A stretch of 64,000 nt of DNA from the NCBI GenBank assembly GCA_965644495.1, contig CBFFSA010000006.1, forward strand, positions 186,001 through 250,000. The letters run 5' to 3'. Below, in pieces: positions 36,689 through 49,364 of the stretch. Position 1 is the stretch's first letter. Each line of letters opens with the position of its first letter. Origin of the DNA: Perkinsela sp. CCAP 1560/9 (taxonomy: Eukaryota; Protista; Euglenozoa: Kinetoplastea). The notes beneath the pieces were generated by a model, which saw only the letters and a program-made list of their open reading frames with translations, had not been told where the DNA came from and did no database searches. Both the position numbers and the translations under genes were made by a program.

Positions 36689-36769
36689 CGAGGACGGCAG
36701 GATTCGAACCTGCGCGTGAGAACACACTTGATTTCGAGTCAAGCCTCTTAACCACTTGAGTACGCCCTC
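36689..36769 (-). tRNA. tRNA-Ser(CGA)
   Basis: CTTGA-CTCGAAA-TCAAG; long variable arm. Confidence 0.93.
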
Positions 36770-36789
36770 TAATTGTGCGGTTGCGTGGC

Positions 36790-36861
36790 GATCCTGTGGC
36801 TCAAAGGTAGAGCGTCAGACTCCGGATCTGAAAGTTGCGGGTTCGAGTCCCGTCAGGATTA
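36790..36861 (+). tRNA. tRNA-Arg(CCG)
   Basis: Acceptor GATCCTG/CAGGATT; TCAGA-CTCCGGA-TCTGA. Confidence 0.93.
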
Positions 36862-36923
36862 TTTCCGACTAACGTATACCAAAGACCAAGGGGCCCTAAC
36901 CTCATGCTCGTAGCTCCTTCAAC

Positions 36924-36995
36924 GATCGCTTGGTCTAGTGGCATGATTCTCGTTTTGGGTACGAGAGGTCACGGGTTCGATTCCCGTAGCGGTCC
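36924..36995 (+). tRNA. tRNA-Pro(TGG)
   Basis: CTCGT-TTTGGGT-ACGAG; T5 terminator. Confidence 0.94.
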
Positions 36996-37057
36996 TTTTT
37001 ACTCTCCGGCAAAACATTTTCCTCCATTTTCAGAGAATCTTCATCCCCACGGAGTGT

Positions 37058-37130
37058 GCCCGTCTAGCTCAGTCGGTAGAGCGCCAGACTCTTAATCTGG
37101 TGGTCGTGGGTTCGAGCCCCACGGTGGGTG
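37058..37130 (+). tRNA. tRNA-Lys(CTT)
   Basis: CCAGA-CTCTTAA-TCTGG; T4 terminator. Confidence 0.95.
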
Positions 37131-37190
37131 TTTTCTCCCCTCGCCAGACCGTTCGCTCGGTGAGCGCAGAGCGAGAGGAAAAATGAGTAA

Positions 37191-37262
37191 GGTCTCATAG
37201 TGTAGTGGTGAGCACAGCGGACTTTGAATCCGCTAACCTGGGTTCGATTCCCAGTGAGACTG
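37191..37262 (+). tRNA. tRNA-Gln(TTG)
   Basis: Acceptor GGTCTCA/TGAGACT; GCGGA-CTTTGAA-TCCGC. Confidence 0.94.
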
Positions 37263-37317
37263 ATTTAGCAATTCTTACCCATTCTAACAAGCAAAGTGAA
37301 TGTAAGACCCGAAGCAG

Positions 37318-37390
37318 TCCTCCGTGGCGCAGTAGGTAGCGCGTTAGACTGTTAATCTACAGGTCGTTGGTTCGAACCCAACCGGAGGAG
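37318..37390 (+). tRNA. tRNA-Asn(GTT)
   Basis: Acceptor TCCTCCG/CGGAGGA; TAGA-CTGTTAA-TCTA; T4 terminator. Confidence 0.94.
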
Positions 37391-37607
37391 TTTTCACGAT
37401 GGCACAATAAGAAGTGAGGGGCTGCGCGTGACGCTAACCGCTGTCCCCCGCTAAATAGTGGGGAAGGTGGTAGTGGGGGGGTTGTTGTTTCTTGCACCCT
37501 TTTGGCCTTTACAGGCTATGGGCCCTCTACCGTCCACGCGAGGGGGCCCGACGGCTCCGATGCGTACGACCGGTCCTTGCGGACCGGCGGGCGAGCCAGC
37601 CGTAGCA

Positions 37608-40600
37608 AGCATAAGTATAGGAATATTGCATAGCCGTCTAATCATGTCACAAAATACTGTGAATTGGTTTAGTATAGGTTTAGTTTTTCGGTATCACACT
37701 TTCACGTGACTCAGTGGCCCGGCCGGCCCCTCCGTACGTTCGGCCTCTCATTTCCCCCACTCGCACCCTTATCTGTCATAAACGCGGCACCCTTATCTGT
37801 CATAGAAACTCGCACCCTTATCTGTCATAAATGCACCCTTATCTGTCATAATGCACCCTTATCTGTCATATAAGCCGCACCCTTATCTGTCATATAAGCC
37901 GCCCCCTTATCTGTCATATAAGCCGCACCCTTATCTGTCATAAACTGATTAAAAAAAAGTCGATCCCTTAAAAAAAATTTCAAGGCCTAAAAAGGATTTC
38001 AACCCCTAAAAAAAAAAGATCGACCCTTAAAAAAAACTCAACCCCTCCCAAAAATTTACAATTTTGCTACACAGTTAACGTAAAAAATAGCTAACCTCAA
38101 TTGTGGTCCCGGTGAGGCCCCGGAGTTGCGAGAGGCCTCCATACCCCACAACTACCACTTTCCCCCCCTATTTAGCGGGGGTCGCACGATTAGGGGTATC
38201 GAGGCCTCTCGCAACTCCGGGGCCTCACCGGGAGCAAAGGTGAATTTATTCGGTACCTCGGCCGACCATCTTTACGTGCCATTTACGGTTCTGTTGTGCA
38301 GACGGGTAAACAAGATCTAGGTTTAGTTTTTGGGTGTCACACTTTCACGTGACTCAGTGGCCCGGCCGGCCCCTCCGTGCGTTCGGCCTCTCATTTCCCC
38401 CAAAACAACTACCACCTTCCCCCCATTTATCAGGGGTGCGCGTGCCCGCCCGCTAAATAGGGGGGAAGGTGGTAGTTGTGGGGTATGGAGGCCTCTCGAA
38501 ATCGGTGCCTAAAACTTTATGCATGTGAATGTGCTGTTCCGAAGTATAGGAATATTGCATAAGTATAGGAATATTGCATAAGTATAGGAATATTGCATAA
38601 GTATAGGAATATTGCATAAGTATAGGAATATTGCAGAGCCCCTCTAATATTTTTTTAACTTTTGAAAAATTTCTCCTGGCAAGATCCGACCTGTATTGGA
38701 TTTTACAAATCCTTTTCCTTGTAGATGAGATTCCAAAGTATATACGCACATCACATTTTCAAAAAATGGAAAAGTTGCATATAGGGGGTGACCCCGCCAA
38801 AGTAGCCAAAAACAGGTGAAAGTGGGCTTTTTTAAGCAAAATCCACGAAAAGTGGCCATTTTAGGGCATTTTAGAAGGGTCACCCCTAATATGTGAAGTC
38901 TTCATTCGAAGTAAAAGTAGTTCAAAGTGATAGATTAGGGTACGTTATAGCGTCCATATGTTCGGTATTCCATTTTCCCGGGGTTACAAGTCTATGAGGC
39001 ACGTAACAAATAAAAAAAATCGCATATTTTCGAGAAATATACCACCCCTGACTTTGTAAAAATTTGTTTCAAATTACAAAAAATAGGTGGTTTCCCGACA
39101 GTGTAATCGCAGATCTATACAACGGTTATAATTGTCTACCGAAATCAAGAAACTCATATTAAGGGGTGGGGGGTCAAAAATAGAGTTATGCAATATTCCT
39201 ATACTTATGCAATATTCCTATACTTATGCAATATTCCTATACTTTGACCAATTTATTGGGTACCTCGGCCAACCATCTTTACGTGCCTTTTACGGTTCTG
39301 TTGTGCAGACGGGTAAACAAGACCTAGGTTTAGTTTTTGGGTGTCACACTTTCACGTGACTCAGTGGCCCGGCCGGCCCCTCCGTGCGTTCGGCCTCTCA
39401 TATTCCCCAAAACAACTACCACCTTCCCCCCATTTATCAGGGGTCGCTCGCGCGACCCCCGCTAAATAGGGGGGGAAGGTGGTAGTTGTGGGGTATGGAG
39501 GCCTCTCGCAACTCCGGGGCCTCACCGGGAGCAGAGACGAGTGTTCACTATTTCTTGAAAACACCTTTAATTTCCAAATAATGCATCATCAATGTGCTGT
39601 ATGCATTATCAATGTGCTGTATGCAATATCAATGTGCTATATGCATTATCAATGTGCTATATGCATTATCAATGTGCAGTAACTATGCAATATCAATGTG
39701 CCGCTTAGTATGCACTATCAATGTGCTATATGCATTATCAATGTGCTATATGCATTATCAATGTGCTATATGCATTATCAATGTGCGGCACGTTATGCAT
39801 TATCAATGTGCAGTAACTATGCATTATCAATGTGCGAGTGGGCCCCTCTAATTTTTTTTTAACTTTTGAAAAATTTCTCCTGGCAAGATCCCACCTGTAT
39901 TGGATCTTACAAATCCTTTTCCTTGTAGATGAGACTCCAAAGTACATACGCAGATCACATTTTGTAAAAATGGAAAAGTTGCATATAGGGGGTGACCCCG
40001 CCAAAGTAGCCAAAAACAGGTGAAAATGTGCTTTTTTAAGCAAAATCCACGAAAAGTGGCCATTTTAGGGCATTTTCCCGGGGATACAAGTCTATGAGAC
40101 ACGTAACAAATAAAAAAAATCGTATATTTTCGAGAAATATACCACCCTTGACTTTGTAAAAATTTGTTTCAAATTACAAAAAATAGGTGGTTTCCCGACA
40201 GTGTAATCGCAGATCTATACAACGGTTATAATTGTCCACCGAAATCAAGAAACTCATATTAAGGGGTGGGGGGTGAAAAATAGAGTTATGCAATATTCCT
40301 ATACTTATGCAATATTCCTATACTTTGACCGGCGAGCGGGGGGCGCGCAGGGCGGAGAGCAGGTAGCGAACAGTTGTGGGGTATGGAGGCTATGAGCTTC
40401 CATAGCACCCCGCACCAACTTCTCGAAAAAGTTGAAATCCGTGCCTAAAATTTTATGCATGTGAATGTGCTATATGCATGTGAATGTGCCGGATTTATGC
40501 ATGTGAATGTGCGGCTTAATATGCATGTGAATGTGCATTACGCATGTGAATGTGCTATATGCATTTGAATGTGCCGCTTAGTATGTATTATAAACGTGCA

Positions 40601-40630
40601 GTTAATATGCATTATAAATGTGCTAACGCC
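37608..40630. repeat. Nest of array-palindrome elements with an imperfect ~1-1.2-kb tandem duplication
   Basis: Palindrome copies at 37708, 38107, 38351, 39358 and 40372; arrays AAGTATAGGAATATTGCAT, GCACCCTTATCTGTCATA and TGCATTATCAATGTGCTATA; 38636-39250 is similar to 39842-40330. Confidence 0.85.
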
Positions 40631-42008
40631 GGCACGTTCGTTGAATGTTCAACGAACGGGCACTCAGTTCGTTGAAGATTCAACGAACGTGCCCTAAAGC
40701 CCAGAGTTGCCTCACTGTTAAAAACCCTTCTATCGCTCATTGTCTTGGTCACTATTATTTATACTATTCTGAAAAAAGAGGCCCCCTTTTTTCTAATTCG
40801 CGATATTGTGCATCCATATTAACGCAGCTAGAATATATTTGCGTGATTTTTATACATTTTTGTACGTTCACATTTCGTAGATTTCGAGATTTTCGCACCT
40901 TTTTGCTATAAAACTTTATAGTGAGTATCTAACTCGCTTACTAAGGTTAATTCCGCGAGCCTAAAATGGGCATAAAACGAGCACAAAAACGATTCTTTTA
41001 AAATTTTAAAAACAGAGGTATGGCTCATCAATCAATCTCTGTAATGCTCCAAAAATGAAGAAAATCGAGTACAGTCAGCAATTTTTGAGAACCGTTTTAC
41101 CAAAATCGCGACTCGGAATGCGGCTCAGAGATGGACATTTCAAATCCGAAAAAAACGCGAGGATCGTTGATTATGTTCCCAAAATTGACAGACTACACGC
41201 TGTTTGAACGTACGGGGAATATTTTTGAGCTCCTAAACTACACTGCCGCCAAAAATTATTGAATTTTTAATTGGTGTCGAAACCGGACAACTTTTAATTT
41301 AAAATTCAATAACTTTTGTGCCAATAATTTTTGTAGAAATGTGTACATGCGCAAATCTTGGGCTGTGGGAAATTAAGCGCCCGTCGTAGTGTTTTCACGT
41401 TCTTATTGACTACCGTGGGTTGGCGGGTTGCTCGTCTCATGGCCTTCGTCAGGTAGGAGTGAAATGGTGCGAGGGTGCATTCCAACAGAGAATTTATCAT
41501 TGTACTCTTATTGGTAGATAAAAGCAATGCATGTATTAAAACAATGCAGCTAATGTTGCGTACAAAGGTGAATAACAAAAAAGAGCGCGCGTTAAAATAT
41601 TTCATTTTAATATCTAGTGCGGGGAAAAAGTGTAGACCGATAGAACAAAACATGGAAAAAACCCCACAAAATATCAGCATAAAATCTGAGTAAATGTTAT
41701 TGCGCACTTTCACAATTCAATACCATCAGAAAATTCAATACAATCAAAAATATTTTGGAGGTGCTCATCAAAGGGGGAGTCACAGCAACTAAACTTTAGG
41801 ACCGATTCCATACGATGAGAGAGGAGTAAACGTCAGACTCTGAGCGGATTTCACCTTCATCATCCAAGAAAATCGCACCACTAGACGTACTCATTTACTG
41901 TATGTAAATGAGTTCACACACTATCCAAATGAGTTTGCAAATGCTTGTAGGCATCGAGACGTGACGGTCGGTTTTTTTTGCTGCCAAATAACACCACTGG
42001 AATTTCGG

Positions 42009-42776
42009 TTATTTCCCAGGAGGCCATAATCTGAGCTTGGGGAAGTTCTTGCATAGCCTGCACAATGTACGACACTTTTTTCTCTCGGCAAAGTGTTCGC
42101 GATGTGCAAATAACGTTGGAGATGGCTGAATTGAGGTCGGAACGCGCAAAGATGCGGGATACATCATCGTTGTAGAGCTGAATTCGTCTGTGTTAAACAC
42201 AAGTTCTTTTTCACAACGATTTTTATAGCTTTCAAGCTGTGAAAAGAATGTTTTAGATGCCTCAACAACTTCATTCGGCGTAACAGTTCGATCGCTAGTA
42301 GCGTGGCGGACACGAATGTTATTTTGCTTCATCCAGTCCTTTGCCCATGATAGCGAAAACTTCAGAGGACCCCCCTTTAGGGATGTGGATTTCGGGGAAG
42401 ATTGCTCTTTGATACCGCGGGCCACACTAGCTACAAGAGCCGCGTACACTGGGACAGCTTGCTCCCTCATTTTGTCGAAAGCTTGAAGGACAAGTGAAGA
42501 TTCCTTTCCCGTAAGTAGGCCACGCCGGCCGCGACTACCGATGTTTTCTAGCGAGCGCATGCCCTTATATTGCGAAACGCAAGCAGCCGAAATTACTCGT
42601 CCAAATTGATCCAAAAATCTCTCCATAACTAGTGCATTTTTACATGCACCTCGAGTGTTGTCAAAAAGCCATTCGCGCTCGTCCGGCGCTAAATCTTTCG
42701 AGGACGGCTGACTTTTCTTCGTCTGATGGATCGAATTCGCTACCAAAAAATGCTGAGCAATGTCCTGGTTGACCAT
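42009..42776 (-). pseudogene. Truncated pogo/CENP-B-like transposase
   Basis: LKFSLSWAKDWMKQNNIRVRHAT (CENP-B HTH) and LVFNTDEFS (first catalytic Asp). Confidence 0.7.
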
Positions 42777-43543
42777 CTCGAGCGGTTGACAAAAAATAAA
42801 TAATAAATAAAACGCAGGCAAAAAACGACCATTTTTAATTAAAAATTCAATAATTTTTGTACCATGAATATTAGCGACAATAAAATTTGACTGGGGTGTA
42901 AGTTCCAGAACTATTTTTTGAAACGCACTTCACTCGCCGACGGCATAACAAATGAATGAAAAAAAGGTATGATTTTCTAGGCCTCGAAAAAATGGCCAGC
43001 TGGCCACCCCCTGAAATAATGGTGAGCTGACCACTTCCTGGAAAAATTGCCAGATGGCTGACCGAAAATACAGTTTGCATTTCATATACGTAAGATGAAT
43101 GGCGTCGTCCAAAACAATTCGCATGCTCGCCACCACCTGCATGAAAGGAGCCACTTTTTGGGGGGGTGGCCAGCTGGGCACTTTTTCTGGGTTAAAGTAA
43201 AGGACTTTTGCATAAGTCAAGGACTTTTGCATAAGTCAAGGACTTTGCAGAAGTCCTTTTTTGACCACCAACCGCTTAATATGCATTCGTTGATTCCGAA
43301 CGAGAGTTATCGCCAATTTACAGATCCATGATCACACTGCCTAAATACCTCCTATTTTGCGTGCTCGAACACAAAGTTCGACAGGACCAACGACCGGATA
43401 TTTCACAAAAAAAAATTGAATTTGATCAATCTTGGTTATAAATCTTGGTTGTAAATCTTGGTTATATTCAGGGTTATATTCATCTTGGTGTATTCAGGGG
43501 TCCCTAAAACTTTATATTATATAAAGTGTATATATAATATATA

Positions 43544-44157
43544 CAGTATCTCAAGAAACTGATCACACTTTCTCGCGTTGAACATTGTTGTAAAAAAACA
43601 TACACCCCGACGCCATTATGCTCCCCCCACCGTATTTTAGAGTTCCTATGACGGCTCGGGCACTAGGTGGTTCACCATGCCTCTTCCACACTCAGTGAAT
43701 AACATCAGATCCGAAACGGTTGCTTTTGGTTTCGTCGGAAAAATACACCTAAGACCACTCTTCCTTCCAATTCTTGTGGTCTAGGGCAAATTTCATACGC
43801 ATAGCACGGTGTCTATCGCTCAGGAAGGGTTTTCGCTGACGCTTCCGACCCTCCAGACCATCAGAGCGCAAGATATTACGAATGGTTTCTGGACAAACAT
43901 TGCTGATGCCTTCGCGGCAGAAACGATTCCGCACTGCCACAGCAGTCCTTTCCGCCCCGCTCTGAATTAGATGCTGAGAGCGCCTTATCGAGGTCTCAGA
44001 GAGGTTTCTAGGGCGACCTATACGACCTAGGCGACTAATATGGTATAGAAGGCTATATTACCACACCATAATATTAAGTAGAGCAATATGCTTTATAAAA
44101 CATTTTCTTACAACAATGTTCAACGCGAGAAAGTGTGATCAGTTTCTTGAGATAGTG
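43544..44157 (-). mobile_element. Internally deleted Tc1-like element with ~50-bp TIRs
   Basis: TA|CAGTATCTCAAGAAACTGATCACACTTTCTCGCGTTGAACATTGTTGTAA and its inverse; ETIRNILR..RKPFLS..R.KFA and YFSDETK relic. Confidence 0.85.
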
Positions 44158-46034
44158 TATAGTTTATAGTATTTCAAAAACAATTATAGTACTATAAATG
44201 CCATTTATAGTACTATAAATACTTCAAAGTGTTCGAAAAACTTTGTTTTTAAAGGAGGATGAAAGGGGTTCAAGAATAATCCCAGAATGGTAGTGGATGT
44301 TGTAAGGGGTGTTCATCTCGGGGGCCTGGCGTTCGGCTCGCAGTTCCGGGGTTGAAAAACCTTCTCTGAGATGGCAGTCTCAGAGGGGTGCCCCATTTTC
44401 CTTTTTTGACGCTGAGTAGACAGTGCGGGATTTGGGCAAAGTTACCCTTCTTTGTATAAGTTACCCTACGTTGTATAAGTTACCCTACGTTGTATAAGTT
44501 ACCATAAATTGTATATGTTAAATTTTGAATTTACATCCTTTATATGACATTGATGGAAAATGCAAATTCAGTGATATGATATCGAAATTGGTAATGTAAA
44601 CTATTCTTTGCTTGCCTTTCCCCTTTGCTATGATCCCATTATATGCACGTTCGACAGGGTATAAAATTGTCAGTTTTTGTCGAAAACACTTTAGAAAATG
44701 GGGGCGCACTTACGTTCCGCTCGTATATTCGGAATGAGGCACAATTACGAATAGCCAAGCCCTCAATATACATTCCCAGAGCTTTTTCTTTCGGAGAACT
44801 ACATTTCAGTATAAGGGGTGACCCCTTCAAAGTGGGCTAAAACAGGTAAAAATGATGCTTTTTGACAGAAAACGCCCATTTTGGGGCAAAAAATGCCATT
44901 TTCAGTGGGGTCCCCCTTATACATAAAATCCTCGTTTGTGAAAAAACTGGTACAGGAAGAGTCTTTGAAGCCTAGTCTCGCCCGTACATGAGACTTTGAG
45001 TCAAATAAGAACGTGGCTTAAAAAGGGTGCAACTTACGAAAAGTGTTTTTTTCCGGGCACTTTCAGGGGGGTGCAAGCTGTGAGAAAGAACCATAAATTG
45101 CATAAGTTACCATAAATTGCATAGGATGAGGCCACAAAACGATGACCTCTATAGCGGGTCACTCCATCACTCATGACACATAAATGTTTTGTATTTCATG
45201 CAGGGCAAAACATGCAGACCGAGCGCCTGACGTACGACGAGCGTTATCAACGGCCATTACAGCGCATTCAACGCCGGTCGTACGCAGGGATTCGGCCTAT
45301 GGCCACGCCGCGTGGTGGCACGCGCACCCTTATAACGTATAAAACTCGCACCCTTATAATGCATATTGTAACCTGATAACGCATAATGTACTCTTTATAT
45401 TATCTAGGCTCTTTGTTAAACGCGGTGGTTGTTTTCAACTTAGAAGTCACTCATGCTGCGCGCTTCGCGTTGAAAATTACCCCCGCGTTTAACAAAAAAA
45501 TTCGAAGCACAAAAATAAGAACAAGCGATTTTCATCTCATTTTAGAGAATCATTTTTTAGAGGATCTTAGAAGTCACTCATGCTGCGCGCTTCGCGTTCA
45601 AAACTACCACCGCGTTTAAAGAAGAGCCTAAAAAAGAAAATTCGGCCTGGACAGCTAAAGTAAAACAAAGATTATAGCCAAAAATAGCCGATTTTAGGGT
45701 AAAAATGGGGTGATTTTTGGGTATTTTTGCTCTCAGAGCGCGAAATCTGATATTTGCGTATGAGAAATAACTCGTAGGCGTGAATGAAAGCCTACTGAAC
45801 GTATTGGGTATAGAATGCGACTCCAACCACACCATTCTTTTAACATAAAAAGACCCCGTTGGGTCCGAAAATTACTTTTCCGCACTTTTTGGTCAAAAAT
45901 GGGCCACTTTGGGAGGCGTGCCACGGCTAGAAGATGGGGTATCTGGCGAAAACAACGGTGTAGATGGCTAGTATAGGTCCCAAAATCTTAAAATGCAACA
46001 GCGAAAAAAATAATGAAATTATTTTTTTTTAGGT

Positions 46035-47020
46035 CAGGGCTTTACTAGGGGTTGGGTGTGGTGGAAAAGTTGGGCTTCGAAAATTGCTTCCCACTAACGT
46101 CAGACTCAGTGGCCCGGCCGGCCCCTCCGTGTGTTCGGCCTCTCATATTCCCCAAAACAACTACCACCTCCTCCCCATTTACCAGGGGTCGCTCGCGCGA
46201 CCCCCTCTAAATAGGGGGGAAGGTAGTTGTGGGGTATGGAGGCCTCGCGCAACTCCGGGGCCTCACCGGGAGCAGGAATGAAATCCTAGCGCTCTTTAAC
46301 TTACTTCTCCTCTCCACTTCTTTTCTTTTTAACTTATTTCCCCCCTCCACTTTTTTTATGGGGTCGTTTTTTTTTCGGCAAATTGCTTCCCACTAACGAC
46401 ATACATTTTTGTCTTGCAGACAGGTAAACAAGGCTTTGCTAGGGGTTGGGTATGATGGAAAAGTTGGGCTTCGCAAATTGCTTCCCACTAACGTCAGACT
46501 CAGTGGCCCGGCCAGCTCCTCCGTGCGTTCGGCCTCTCATATTCCCCAAAACAACTACCACCTCCCCCCCATTTATCAGGGGTGCGCGTGCCCCCCCGCT
46601 AAATAGGGGGGGGGAGGTGGTAGTTGTGGGGTATGGAGGCCTCTCGCAACTCCGTGGCCTCACCGGGAGCAGGAATGAAATCCTAGCGCTCTTTAACGTA
46701 TTTCTCCTCTCCACTTTTTTTTCTTTTTAACTTATTTCCCCCCTCCACTTTTTTTTATGGGGTCGTTTTTTTTCGAGGGGGTGGGTCACTTTTTTTTAGG
46801 GGCTCGCAAAAAATGTGCATTATAAGGGTGCGAGTTTTATGTGTTATAAGGGTGCGAGTTTTTATGCATTATCAGTGGCACAATATGCATTATCAGTGGG
46901 ACAATATGCGTTATCAGGGTGCATTATGCATTATAAGGGTGCGAGTTTTATGCGTTATAAGGGTGTGAGTTTTATGCGTTATAAGGGTGTGAGTTTTATG
47001 CGTTATAAAGGTGCGAGTGG
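46035..47020. repeat. Two tandem ~400-bp units each carrying the palindrome, followed by a 24-bp array ending in GTGCGAGTG
   Basis: Palindromes at 46103-46273 and 46497-46670; TTATAAGGGTGYGAGTTTTATGCG array at 46815-47019. Confidence 0.85.
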
Positions 47021-47636
47021 CGGTCCTCAAGGGAGGTCATGCAGCGCCTGGGGGGTAAAGGGGCACTGGACTTCCACTGTGGGGGGGCGTCGTTGAGAGG
47101 CTGCAAGAAGCCTTTCGGCTACACAGCGTCGTTGAGTGGAACACTGACTATACTGAGCATCACGTCATCTTCCCTCTTCCACATGACTGTGAATCGTATG
47201 CTGTGTGACTGTTCACGTGCCGCCACTCGCACATTGATAATGTTTAGTTAAGGAGCCCAATAAATTCACCTTTGCTCCCGGTGAGGCCCCGGAGTTGCGT
47301 GAAGGCCTCCATACCCCACAACTACCACCTTCCCCCCCTATTTAGCGGGGGTCGCGCGACTTATACAATTTATGGTAACTTATACAATTTGTGCTAACTT
47401 ATACAATTTATGGTAACTCATACAATTTATGGTAACTTTCTCCCGGGATTTTATTGCGGCACACGTTAATTACGGGACAACTCAATTACGGGACACTTAG
47501 CTAAGGGACACTTGGGCCTTGGGACTGAGTTTCGCTACCACTGCCTGTAACGAAGTGTGATGGATCGGGGTAGGCCGGCGTATTCTCCGCAAAGCAGTTT
47601 TACACGCCTAAGTGAGTGGTGTATAAAAATAACATA

Positions 47637-48076
47637 AACCACATATCCATTTAATATTCCCCCCCGGTATGTGTCAAGGTATGGGTATGTTATCAAGGTA
47701 TAGGTATGTAGAGTACCTAGTAGTAGTACCTAGTAGTAGACTGGTAATGAAATAGGAAAGAGAAGAAAATCAATTTCATTGTTAGAACCTGTATCTAAAG
47801 ATGTACCGCGTGCAGTAATAAATGCTAAAACGTATCAAACTACATCTAAAAACGCATAAAATTGTTACCGATATGTTTCATGGAGCCCCCTCGGCGTGGA
47901 TTTCATAAACGAAACATTTTGTTAAAAAAGTACGTGACATTATGATTGGATTTTTGTACCGTTGCAGAAAAAGGCCGTGGGACGAGGGGGGGGGTATGTT
48001 AAGTGTCGCAGGCCAGAATAACATACCCCCCCGGTATGTTGTCCAAGGTATAGGTATGTTAAACGGGTATGTGGTT
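47637..48076. mobile_element. MITE, TA TSD, nested in another TIR-element relic
   Basis: TA|AACCACATATCCATTTAA ... TTAAACGGGTATGTGGTT|TA. Confidence 0.65.
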
Positions 48077-48415
48077 TAAAATATAACAACAGAACCTGTA
48101 GCACAATCACTCACTACATTTTACAGATCATCTGACAGGTCAAGGCTAAGGGACACTTAATTACGTGACACTTTTGACCAAAAATGGGGTGTCCCTTAAT
48201 TAAGGTGCCCCGTAAAAAAGTTCTGCACTGTATTTCGCAACCACTACTTATAATTTAGGTTGTGACTTTTTTCAAGTGCGTGAGGGCCGAGGAGTAGGAG
48301 ACTCGAATTTTCGCAAAAAAAGGGTTTCTTCGCGCCTACTTCGCAGACCTGGCATTCGAAGTTATGCGCTTCGTCGCTTATTTTGGCATTTCTGAGAAAA
48401 AAAAAGTTTTATATA

Positions 48416-49189
48416 CAGGGGGGGCCACGAAAACTGACTAGCTTCGCATTTTAGCCTCGTGAGGCCGTTTGAGCTAATTTTTGTTGCAAACGAGAGATCT
48501 CGTTCTGAATATCGTGTCTACGCTATTTAGAACTCGTTTGTATAAACCTGATATTTTGCATTTCGAAAATACTGAAATTTAAGAACAATGAAGAAGCGAA
48601 ATGGGTTTTTTAACTGGATGCATCGGCGGCCGGGGGCTGCTGTTGTCCTTGACAATGCGCCAGGGCACGGGGCAGCCCGGAGAATAGGTAAGCTGGAAGG
48701 AATTAAAATTATTGACTGGCCTTCGAAATCTCCTGATCTCAATTTGATTGAGAATTTGTGGAGTATGATGGATAAGTACATCCACACCCATCTTCGTCCG
48801 AAAAATCGAACGGAATTGCAAGCTGCTATTCCTAAGGCGAAGGACTACTTGTTGGCAGAGTGTCACGAGGCGTATGTGAACACGTTACAGAATCTTCCCA
48901 CACGCCTCGATACTCTACGTGAGCGTGGAGGTGGGAATACTGGATATTAAGACTTAGTTTCTACCGCGAAAGGCCAAAAATTACTATTTTGCGCCCTTTT
49001 TTCAATTTGCAAAATCTCAAAAATTTCAGTTTTTCGACCCATGGGAAAGGCTTGCTTTCATCAGTTTTTGTATTCTAAATAGCGTAGACACGATATTCAG
49101 AACGAGATCTCTCGTTTGCAACAAAAATTAGCTCAAACGGCCTCACGGGGCTAAAATACGAAGCTAGTCAGTTTTCGTGCCCCCCCCTG
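48416..49189 (+). mobile_element. Internally deleted Tc1-like element, ~116-bp TIRs, DD32E C-terminal fragment (48588-48950)
   Basis: Near-perfect TIRs with TA TSD; VLDNAPGH..WPSKSPDLNLIENLW..GGNTGY. Confidence 0.88.
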
Positions 49190-49364
49190 TATATTGGGGG
49201 AAAGTAAAGCACTTCTGCACAATGTAAAGCACTTCTGCACAATGTAAAGCACTTCTGCACACCAAGTCCCTCATTGGCCCGGCCGGCCCCTTCGTGCGTT
49301 CCGCCTCTCATCTCCCCCTAAACAACTACCCCCCTATTTAGTGGGGGTCGCTCACGCGCGCGGG

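Noticed and set aside
36345-37390. Suppressor tRNAs or stop-codon reassignment
   Set aside because: All nine anticodons are sense. Conserved genes have no internal stops and end in TAA, TAG or TGA. Internal stops occur only in decayed TEs and one LRR copy.
5678-47020. CRISPR-like interpretation of the 18-24-bp arrays
   Set aside because: Units are head-to-tail or separated by only 2-8 nt, with no unique ~30-nt spacers and no cas genes.
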